Source: Eledone cirrhosa (Eukaryota). Taken from it: DNA of 64,000 nucleotides. Every line of letters begins with the position of its first letter. Within the stretch, counting starts at the first letter, position 1. Under the pieces are notes generated by a model. The model did no database searches. It was not told where the DNA came from and worked only from the letters and a program-made list of their open reading frames with translations. Below are positions 38,996 through 50,108 of the stretch, piece by piece. Made by a program: the position numbers and the translations under genes. The DNA is taken from positions 17,050,001-17,114,000 of the forward strand of contig OZ024748.1 in the NCBI GenBank assembly GCA_964016885.1, written 5' to 3'.

Positions 38996-39827
38996 ATGCT
39001 CTGATTTTTTAATTTATTAATTCTTCATAGAGCTTAAAAGTGAACAGTTGCAACATATATATATCTATAACTTTATGTATATGTTAACCTTTATATATAT
39101 ATATCATCATCATCATCGTTTAATGTCCATCTTCCATGTTAGATGGTTTTGTTCCATTTGATGTGGGAATGGTCAGGAGACCATGTCTTGCTCTCATGAA
39201 AGCGTCTCTGGCAGGTTTTTTTTACAGCTGGATGCCCTTCCTAACATCAACCACATTTACAGTGTGGGCTATATATATACATATATATATAACGTGTGTA
39301 TGTGTGTGTGTAAGACTTTGTCTTGTGGTCACACCCACCGATAGCTAGATCTTCAGATGTAAACCACAAGGAGAAATTGAGATCTAGAATTTTTAAAGGT
39401 AGTTGACATTGTTTTCAATTTCATTTTAGCAAACGTGTAATGTATAAATTTCTTTTTATCAAAAGCTAATTTATTTTTCAGGAATAGTTTTCCCAGAGAA
39501 AATCGGGTGGTTGGTTAAATATATATATATATTTCTTCTTCTTCTTACTGTTATTGTTAGTGTAGAATTGCAAAGGAAAGAGATGAGAATATTGATGAGG
39601 CATACAACTATTTAAACAAGCAAAGAAAAATCTAATTTGTATATTTTCCTATCTTCGTTCTCGGGTCCTTTCTGATATGGATCGAAGTTAGATATTCCAA
39701 TAAATAATTTGGTTTTCTTGTTGCTATTGTTGTTCTTGCTACTTCTCTTTATCATTTGGAAGTAATTTCAAATGAAATTATATATCTATATAAATATATA
39801 TATATATATATATGCGCGTACACACAC

Positions 39828-39861
<34 letters not shown>

Positions 39862-40149
39862 GTATACACAAACACACACACACACACACACATATCTATA
39901 TATGATTTATTTCTCTTTTTTCTGTATCTTTTCTCAATTTAGAATTTGGTTGTTATCAAATTTTTAAATATAAGAATAAAGAATTTTGGATTAAATTTCT
40001 AAAGAAAATCCATTATCTCTTTTATTAATTAATGATATTTGTATATTTGAGAATTATAACTCTGGCTTTACAAAAGAAGATTACGTCAGTGTTGTTTAAA
40101 GCAAGAAAATATCTGAAATATCTAAATATATAGAGACCAATTGTAATTT

Positions 40150-41248
40150 CTGTTGTGCAATAGCTTTGAAATATTACTGTGCAGTAGCTTTCTAATGTTG
40201 CCAATATTGCTGCTCAGTTGCTTTGAAATGTTGCCACTCTTTTGCTTTGAAATGTTGCTGTGCAGTTGCTTTGAAAAGTTCCTATGCAATAGCTTTGAAA
40301 TGGCAATCTATTGCTTTGAAATATTGCTACACAGTAGCTTTGAAATGTTTCTACTCTATTGCTTTGAAATGTTGCTACTCTATTGCTTTGAAATGTTGCT
40401 ACTCTATTGCTTTGAAATGTTGCTACTCTATTGCTTTGAAATGTTGCTCTGCAGTAGATTTGAAATGTTGCTACTCAGTAGCTTTGAAATATTGCTACTC
40501 AGTAGCTTTGAAATATTGCTACTCAGTAGCTTTGAAATATTGCTGCTCAGTTGCTTTGAAATGTTGCCGCTCTTTTGCTTTGAAATGTTTTCCGCTCTTT
40601 TGCTTTGAAATGTTGCCGCTCTTTTGCTTTGAAATGTTGCTACTCGATAGCTTTGACATGTTGCTATTCAGTTGCTTTGAAATTGCTTTGAAATTGCTTT
40701 GAAAAGTTCCTGTGCAATAGCTTTGAAGCGTTGCTACTCAGTAGCTTTGAAATGTTGCTCTGCAGTAGCTTTGAAATATTGCCACTTGATAGCTTTGAAA
40801 TATTGCCACTTGATAGCTTTGAAATGTTGCCACTTGATAGCTTTGAAATGTTGCTATTTGGTAGCTTTGAAATGTTGCTATTCGGTTGCTTTGGAATGTT
40901 GCTATTTGGTAGCTTTGAAATGTTGCTATTTGGTAGATTTGGAATGTTGCTATTCGGTAGCTTTGGAATGTTGCTATTTGGTAGTTTTGGAATGTTGCTA
41001 TTTGGTAGTTTTGGAATGTTGCTATTCGGTTGGATTGGAAAGTTGCTATTTGGTAGCTTAGAAATGTTGCTATTTGGTAGCTTAGACATGTTGCTATTTG
41101 GTAGCTTTGAAATGTTGCTATTTGGTAGCTTTGGAATGTTGCTATTCGGTTGCTTTGGAATGTTGCTATTCGGTTGCTTTGGAATGTTGTTATTCGGTTG
41201 CTTTGGAATGTTGTTATTCAGTTGCTTTGGAATGTTGCTACACAGTAT
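40150..41248. repeat. 24-bp minisatellite (GCTTTGAAATGTTGCTACTCAGTA-like), ~45 copies
   Basis: Directly visible periodicity. Confidence 0.93.
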
Positions 41249-41983
41249 CTTTAAATTTTAAATATTTGAGTTTCAGTCATAAAACATTCTTCTCAGATTG
41301 TACACACGTTTGTGTTGTGGATGTACACATACATTTGTGTACATTGAAGATACATTATAAAACACATGCACTCACACACATGCACACACGCACACAGTTT
41401 TTTCTTTTCATGTGTGTGCATGTGTGTAAGTGCACGTGTGTGTGTGACTGTACATACATTTATGTACATACATTTACGAAACACATGCACACAGACATGT
41501 TCACACACACACTCATACATATAGTTTCCTCTTTTCATGTGCAAAAGTGTGTGTGTGTGTGTATGTTCAGGTGTGTATGTACTCAGGTGTGTGTGTGCAG
41601 GAGTGTACATGTTTCATAATGTATCTGTCAATATACAAATATATGAAAAAAGAAAGCTATATTTTTGACATGCAAATAATAGAAGCTCAAACTCACATAT
41701 TTTCTTGTGGATTTTTAATTTAATATAATGTTTAATCCCTAAAAATTGGTGACACTGTCCCCTCCACCTAGCAAATTCATTAATCAAAGATGACATATGA
41801 ATCAGTAATTAGCAGAGACTTGATTGAATCAGTTTAGTACAGCATCTTTAATAAAATTCAATAAGCTGCACTGGTTTTCAAATAAAACAGTTTATTTTTT
41901 AGTTGACTCTCAGCTACTCCGTAGCATGTATTGAAGGAGTTACACACGAGTGAATCATTTATAGTTAAACAGTATTTTATATA

Positions 41984-42258
41984 TACTCTTTTACTCTTTT
42001 ACCTGTTTCAGCCATCCGGTTGAGGCCATGCTGGGGCACCGCCCTTGTTGCTATACATTTTATCTCCAGCTTGTATAGGTTGGCCACTGGTGTAAGAGGG
42101 AGTTTGTTGCTGCTGCCCTTACGTTTCCCTCATGTCTTGCTGTGGGCTCATCCGGGATCCTGGATAACAAGGTGTCGAGATGTTTCTTGAAGACATCCAC
42201 CTCCACGTCATGCAAGTCTCTCAGATCCCTCAGCAGCCTGTTGAAGAGTTGAGGGCCC
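41984..42258 (-). mobile_element. CR1/L2-group LINE 3' end
   Basis: GPQLFNRL..FKKHLDTLLSRIPDEP..AAATNSL..stop at 42060; 3' UTR GGTGCCCCAGCATGGCC then (AAAAGAGT)n. Confidence 0.8.
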
Positions 42259-42332
42259 TATATATATATATATATTACTATATATATATATATATATAGT
42301 AATAATAATAATTATATATATATATATATATA

Positions 42333-42628
42333 TCATCATCATCATTTCATTTTACATCCGCTCTTCCCTGCTTGCGAAGGTGGGATGGGAACTGATTCTG
42401 GCTTGATTTCTACTGGTGGATGCCCTTCCTAACACCAACCTCATTTACAGTGAGTGGTGGGTGCTTTTTTGCCATGGCACCATGGCACCTCCACGACCAC
42501 TTGCAATGGAATGATAGGGACCCCAGTCCCTATCATCTCATTTCTACAGCTGAGCAAACTGGAGCAATGTGAAATAAAGTGTCTTGCTCAAGGAAACAAC
42601 ACATCACCCAGTCTTAGAATTGAATTAC
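42333..42628 (-). mobile_element. SINE family 1, 5'-truncated
   Basis: Reverse complement match. Confidence 0.88.
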
Positions 42629-42831
42629 TATATATATATATATAGTAATAAAAATAATTATATATATATATATATATAGTGTTGGTAGTACGGGCGGAGG
42701 AGCAGATTGATACCGGAGTCAGATCCATAGCTCCTATGGGTCACCTTGAGCCAATCCTCTGCAAAACACGTGTAACAGGTCGATACTCAATAAATATTTT
42801 TATATGTAAATGAAACTTCCTCGTTTTTTTC

Positions 42832-42894
<63 letters not shown>

Positions 42895-42901
42895 TGTATA
42901 T

Positions 42902-43059
42902 ATTTCTACTTTTGGCACAAGGCCAGCAATTATCCCAGTGCATTACTGCTATTTTATTTTATTGACCCCCGTAAGGATGAAAGGCAAAGTTAACCTCGGT
43001 GGGATTTGAACTCAGATCATATAGGACCGTAACTCTGTTACAAACCATGATGCAAATCC

Positions 43060-43060
<1 letters not shown>
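42902..43060 (-). mobile_element. SINE family 2
   Basis: Reverse complement match. Confidence 0.82.
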
Positions 43061-43097
<37 letters not shown>

Positions 43098-43274
43098 GGT
43101 TTGAGGTTCACCACTGTATAGAGCTGGTCTATTCCGTATGGTCAATCGTAATGTAATAATATAGAGAGTACTCAACGTAAAACAACGGAACCCGGTCATT
43201 GAAATGATCATAGTATAATAAACCTTTCAAGGATTTACACAAATCCAGCCTCCTGTCATTTCATTATAATATAT

Positions 43275-43312
<38 letters not shown>

Positions 43313-43598
43313 ATTCGTTCTTGAATTTGTTTTGCAAGATTTCTTATCTGAAAACGTGTGTTGAAACAGATATTGTTATACTTTGGGAGAGTCATGTTGT
43401 CAATAAAACAAGGAGATAGACACAAAATAAAATCCTATTCACTGAGTAGGTCAGAATGTGTGACGAAAGCGCTTTGACAATATATAAACAACCTTCTGGT
43501 TATCAAACCAATCAACCAACCAGAAACTTGTAATAAATTGAAGTGAAATCCAACAGGTGCATGTGTTTTTATTGGCAACATGACCCTTCCAAAGTATA

Positions 43599-43645
<47 letters not shown>

Positions 43646-43647
<2 letters not shown>

Positions 43648-43793
43648 CGAAGGAAGTTTGGTAAGGAACCAGGTGGACCATAATGCACCAGAGTACTTGA
43701 TACCTTGGGTAGTAGAGTGGGTAATAGGATAAGAGTCAGGACCCCGATGGCTGAGCCAGAACTCAGCCATCGGAGTCCTGACTCTTTTCCTAT
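43646..43793 (-). mobile_element. Family C short element with terminal hairpin
   Basis: ATAGGA.AAGAGTCAGGACCCCGATGGCTGAG / CTCAGCCATCGGAGTCCTGACTCTT.TCCTAT. Confidence 0.75.
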
Positions 43794-44084
43794 ATATATG
43801 TATATATATAAGTTTCTCTCCTATGGTTGAGCTCATGGTCTTTTAACTGTGAGTGGGTTACCCATACTTACTCACTGTCAAAATAGCAAGAACTCATACC
43901 TGTCATGATGGGAGAACAATACAATCTTGTAATAAGATATTTCATTTTGGGATTTATTTATTTTATACTGAAGTACAATACTTATCAAGATCAGCTTTTG
44001 TCTGTCATCCATTCGAGGTAAATAAGAAAAGTACCAGTCTAGTACTGGGGTCGATTCATTCTATATATTTCTTTCTTACTTCCT

Positions 44085-44698
44085 TTCTCTCTCTTTCTCT
44101 GCCTCTCTATCTCTCTCTCTGCCTCTCTCTCTCTCTCTCCTTGTCTCTCACTATCTCTCTCTCTCGGACCCTGCCTCTCACTTGCTCTCTCTCTCTCATT
44201 CTCCCTCGCTCTCCCTCACTCTCGCTCTCCCTCACTCTCGCACTCCCTCACTCTCGCACTCCCTCACTCTCGCTCTCCCTCGCTCTCCCTCACTCTCGCT
44301 CTCCCTCAATCTCGCTCTCCCTCACTCTCGCTCTCCCTCACTCTCCCTCACTCTCGCTCTCCCTCACTCTCCCTCACTCTCGCTCTCCCTCACTCTCTCT
44401 CGCTCTCCCTCTCTCTCGCTCTCCCTCTCTCTCGCTCTCCCTCTCTCTCGCTCTCCCTCACTCTCGCTCTCTCTCGCTCTCTCGCTCTCTCGCTCTCTCT
44501 CGCTCTCTCTCGCTCCTCCTCTCTCTGCCTCTCTCTTTCTCCCCCTCTCTCTTCCCCTCTGCCCCTCTCTCTTTCTCTGTCTCTCTCTCCCTCTCTCTGC
44601 CTCTGTCTCTCTCTCCCTCTTTGCCTCTCTGCTCCTCTCTCCCTCTCTCTTCCCCTCTGCTCCTCTCTCCCTCTCTCTGCCCCTCTCTGCCTCTCTCC
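44085..44698. repeat. CT-rich low-complexity/minisatellite (CTCCCTCACTCTCG)
   Basis: Directly visible. Confidence 0.9.
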
Positions 44699-45753
44699 AT
44701 AGAAGAAGTATGCTGTATCCTTTTAGCTCCCTCTGGAATTACAGAAACCATATATGGATGCACAACACACATATTTGTCAATGCCAGAAAGCCATGTCTG
44801 AATTCAGACCGGGAGAGGAGATGGGCTCCACCAGGTCTTAAAAAAGATTGCGCTAGAAATGCTGTATAGCAATACAACATCATTTCAGCTCCCTTCTGGA
44901 GTTACAGTACCATGCATGGATGCACAATACATATATTAACTGATGCCAGAAAGCCCCCCCCCCCCCCCCACACACACACACCACACACACACACACACAC
45001 CACACACACACACACACACCACACACACACACACACACCACACACCACACACCACACATACACACAGACATTTGCATTTATTATTCGAGAATTAGAGCAT
45101 TAAAAAAAAGAAGAGAAATAAATATACACAATGGAAGCAAGAAAAAAATTGGTCAATGTCTAATAATAATTTGATATTTCTATCAAGTTCATGAGATTTG
45201 TCTTAAACTGACATGTTCAGCAAAGCATTACCTCCCTTTATGGTACTTGCCAAAATAGTGATGATTGAAATACTAAGTAAATCTACAAGATTCTCCATTT
45301 GTTGGACTAACTCACCCAATGTCTTGTCATACAACCAGCATCTATGTAGAATTTAATTATATTTTAGTTCTTTAGATTCTTTTATTCTTTTACTGGTTTC
45401 AGTCATTAGGATGCAGCCACGAGAGAGGGCACCACCTTGATTTAGTCAATCATATCAACTCCGCTACTCTACTGTGGTGCTGTACTATATTTAATTTTAT
45501 TCAAGTCTGGTACATAATTTCTGAATCTTTTTTTTTTTATTTTCTTTATCAATCCAGTAAGTTAGAGGTCATAGACACACACGGATACACACACAGACAC
45601 AGACACACACAGATACACACACACATACACACACATACACACACACACACACCACACACACACACATGGACACACACACACACACACGGACATGGACACA
45701 CATACATGGACACACACACACACACACACATACATACACACACACACGCACAC

Positions 45754-45792
<39 letters not shown>

Positions 45793-45882
45793 TGGACACA
45801 CACAGACACACAAAGTAAACAGACGTGGACATACACAGACACACATTAACATATATACATACAAATATATATATATACATAT

Positions 45883-46080
45883 ATTAGAAAGTGAACAACA
45901 CAATATATAACTAATCCATTACTAAAGGTTTCAAGACCCTAGACAATATTAACATATGTCTGGATCATTCATCAGACAGAGATGTTATATATTGTGTTGT
46001 TCACTTTCTAATTAAATAGCTCTGTTCTAGACATAGAGCACTCTTTTTTCCTTTGCTTTTTCTTCGGAATTACCTAACAT
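45883..46080. mobile_element. Family B element: inverted hammerhead (45915-45980, minus) inside a 29-bp inverted repeat
   Basis: Near-identical to 18371-18475; IR 45883-45911 / 45984-46012. Confidence 0.78.
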
Positions 46081-46094
46081 ATATACATATATAT

Positions 46095-46716
46095 CATCAT
46101 CATCATCATTTTATGTCCGCTTCTCTCTAATTCCCTCAAAATGAAAGGCAGACTGTATGATGCATGTATACGAACAGCAATGTTACATGGTAGTGAGACC
46201 TGGGCGCTGTCTTGCTCATACAGGAACTGATTTTGGCTTGATTCCTACAGCTGGATGCCCTTCCTAACACCAACCTCATTTACAGTGAGTGCTACACGTC
46301 CACTTATAAGTGTGGGCTGGGTGCTTTTTTTGCCATGGCACCTCCACGACCACTTTGCAGTGGGAGGGAGTGAGGGAATATTGTCTATATGCTTCAGCTT
46401 CGGCTTGTACCCGTGGGGGGTTGGGTCTTCTGTATTACTGCATGACACCACAGGTCACAGTCCTGTGTCATTGCCTTTGAGAGGTGCAATTGGGTAAGGT
46501 CGGCTTTTATCACTTCATCCCAGGTCTTCTTGGGTCTCCCCACTCTGCGGCTTCCATTGATTTCTAGTGCTCTGCACCTTTTTATGCAGCTGTCATCCTT
46601 CATACGCATCACATGTCCATACCAACGCAACCTCCTCTCCTGCACACAGCATTTCATTCCTCTTATGCTCAGTCTCTCTCTCAATTCATTTAGGCTTTGC
46701 CGTTTGCGTATATTAC
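46095..46716. mobile_element. Rearranged RTE fragments (~46130-46210 plus; 46420-46716 minus) with a SINE1 piece between
   Basis: MKGRLYDACIRTAMLHGSETW (plus); RRLRWYGHVMR..GRPKKTW (minus). Confidence 0.82.
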
Positions 46717-47138
46717 TATATATATATATATATATACATTTCATTTCTGATCAGACCAGGGAAGCAGTCTTTCCATTACTGATAAATGACTGCAAATCAA
46801 GAACATACCCAGTATATATGAAGTTTCAGAGTTGGTATAGATATAAGTAGTCCTAATGGAGGACCTGTCTCCATTTTGACTCACTATCAAACCACTGGAC
46901 CTAAATGAGTCTTGCTAGCAAGCCAAAATGGAGAGGGGCCTCTGTTGAGATTATATCTTATATCTATCTATCCTTTTATCTTTGTGTGTGTGTCTAAATA
47001 AAAAGAATTATATTTGGAACGTGGTAAGCGAATCAGTTTATATATGTAGACATATATATATATATATATATATGTATATAGACATGTATATGTATATAGA
47101 CATATATATCTATGTATATATATATGCTCATATATATA

Positions 47139-47346
47139 GACATCATCATCATCATCATTTTACGTCCACTTTTCCCTGCTTGCAAGGGTGGGACGGGTCT
47201 TATTCAGCACAGCATCTCTCCACTCGTCACGGTCCCTCGTCATCTCCACCGTGAGCTTCAATGATCTGAGGTCTGTTCTCACCACCTCCGCCCATGTTTT
47301 TCGTGGTCTACTTCTACCACGTCTTCCCTCAACTGGCATTTCCTGG

Positions 47347-47350
<4 letters not shown>
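47139..47350 (-). mobile_element. RTE LINE extreme 3' end
   Basis: RPRKTWAEVVRTDL; tail near-identical to SINE family 1 tail. Confidence 0.9.
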
Positions 47351-47387
<37 letters not shown>

Positions 47388-47397
47388 TCATATATAT

Positions 47398-47575
47398 AAG
47401 TATAGTTATGACCCTTTGCGTTCTGAGTTCAAATCCCACTGAGGTTAGCTTTGCCTTTCATCCTTACGGGGTTGATAAAATAAAGCACCAGTAACATACT
47501 GGTGTCAATTTAATCGACTTTCCCCTCCCATTCAAATTGTTGGCCTTGTGCCTAGAGTAGAATCAATTATTACTA
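47398..47575 (+). mobile_element. SINE family 2, 5'-truncated
   Basis: Near-identical to 48772-48949. Confidence 0.88.
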
Positions 47576-47611
47576 TATATATATATATATATATATATGC
47601 TCATATATATA

Positions 47612-47660
<49 letters not shown>

Positions 47661-47671
47661 TCATATATATA

Positions 47672-47722
<51 letters not shown>

Positions 47723-47819
47723 TCATATATATAGACATATATATATAGACACATACACACACTCATATATCATCATTGTGGTTTTAACGTCCGCTTTCCC
47801 TGCTAGCAAGGGTGTGTGT

Positions 47820-47860
<41 letters not shown>

Positions 47861-48723
47861 CAGCTGCAATTATATCATTTTGCTGTTTTATAGGATGATA
47901 AGAGATTAACATTTATTTTCTTTCAGCAATATGTTGCAACAGAGAGAGAGAAAAAAAAACTATTTATGTGCGGCCGTAAACTAAAAAGATACTTTAATGG
48001 CATTTATAGTCCGAAACAAAAAAGACAAGAAAAACATGTTTTCACTAATCTTATGGCTCCCTCGATGATAATATATTTACCAATATTTTTTAAATTCTTT
48101 CTTTCATTTTTTTCTTTCCAATTATCTCCCCTTCCTCCTTCTCCATCTTGACGTCTCTAAATTTTGAAAATTAAAAAGAATATATATTAAAAAGAATAAA
48201 TATATGTATATTTTTTTTAAATGCTGTTGATGACAGAAACAATAATATGAATTGTCATTCTCAGCACAAATAGGGAATAAAACAATAGAAATATTTGAAA
48301 TGATTTCAAGAAATTAATAATGACATGTTAAAAAAAGAATATGAAATATGAATAATGTCAAATTGGGAGAAAAAAACACAATATGAGTGTGAGTATAGTC
48401 AGGATTGTCGCTGTCATTAAGTTCAACTAGGCAGCTGCTGTTACCTAGAATACTCAACTCAGAGAAGTGCATTATGGAACCTTAGAAGATCACAGTATTA
48501 TGCTAATCTTTTTTTTATGAAAACAACAAAATTAATATTCAATTCTATATGGCTTTTGATTCATATTGGGGAATTTTCATTGTTGTATTTTTCTTGTTTA
48601 TTGTTATTGTTTTCCTATTTTTTACTTGAATTTTGTGGAAAACCCTCACTGTCCCCCATCTATTGTATTGTCTCCTATATGTCGCCCCTTGGGGCCAATA
48701 AATGAAATGATTATTATTATTAT

Positions 48724-48949
48724 GGGCGTTGGATTGGCAGTATCAGTATAGCATCAGGCACTATGCTTTACAGTATAGTTATGACCCTTTGCGTTCTGAG
48801 TTCAAATCCCACTGAGGTTAGCTTTGCCTTTCATCCTTACGGGGTTGATAAAATAAAGCACCAGTAACATACTGGTGTCAATTTAATCGACTTTCCCCTC
48901 CCATTCAAATTGTTGGCCTTGTGCCTAGAGTAGAAACAATTATTACTAT
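48724..48949 (+). mobile_element. SINE family 2
   Basis: Full length. Confidence 0.88.
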
Positions 48950-49019
48950 TGAATTTATGTATGAGGGTGATGAATTAGTAGTATCAGTAGAGCATTAGAC
49001 AATATGGGTGAGCAGAGAC

Positions 49020-50108
49020 ACTTCTACCAGGAGTTGTGACTGGCAGATAATATCAGTAATGGAAAGACTGCTTCCCTGGTCTGATCTGACAATCGTCTCT
49101 CTCTCTCTGTTTCTACCAGGAGTTATGACTGACAGATAATATCAGTAATGGAAAGACTGCTTCCCTGGTCTGATCTGACAATCGTCTCTCTCTCTGTTTC
49201 TACCAGGAGTTATGACTGACAGATAATATCAGTAATGGAAAGACTGCTTCCCTGGCCTGATCTGACAATCGTCTTTCTCTCTCTGTTTCTACCAGGAGTT
49301 ATGACTGGCAGATAATATCAGTAATGGAAAGACTGCTTCCCTGGTCTGATCTGACAATCATCTCTCTCTCTCTGTTTCTACCAGGAGTTATGACTGGCAG
49401 ATAATATCAGTAATGGAAAGACTGCTTCCCTGGCCTGATCTGACAATCATCTCTCTCTCTCTCTGTTTCTACCAGGAGTTATGACTGGCAGATAATATCA
49501 GTAATGGAAAGACTGCTTCCCTGGCCTGATCTGACAATCATCTCTCTCTCTCTGTTTCTACCAGGAGTTATGACTGGCAGATAATATCAGTAATGGAAAG
49601 ACTGCTTCCCTGGCCTGATCTGACAATCGTCCCTCTCTCTCTGTTTCTACCAGGAGTTATGACTGACAGATAATATCAGCAATGGAAAGACCAATGGAAA
49701 TACAGTTTCCTTGGTTTGATCTTAAAATAAGCTCTCTGTTTCTATCAGGAGTTGTGACTGACAGATAATATCAGCAATGGAAAGACCAATGGAAATACAG
49801 TTTCCTTGGTTTGATCTTAAAATAAGCTCTCTGTTTCTATCAGGAGTTGTGACTGACAGATAATATCAGCAATGGAAAGACCAATGGAAATACAGTTTCC
49901 TTGGTTTGATCTTAAAATAAGCTCTCTGTTTCTATCAGGAGTTGTGACTGACAGATAATATCAGCAATGGAAAGACCAATGGAAATACAGTTTCCTTGGT
50001 TTGATCTTAAAATAAGCTCTCTGTTTCTATCAGGAGTTGTGACTGGCAGATAATATCAGCAATGGAATGATCAATGGAAACATTGTTTCCTCTGTCTGAT
50101 CTGACAAC
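49020..50108 (+). repeat. Two-phase tandem array (~89-bp units, then 95-bp units) derived from the SINE family 3 body
   Basis: TTCTACCAGGAGTT at 49022, 49111, 49198...; TCTATCAGGAG at 49741, 49836, 49931, 50026. Confidence 0.88.
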
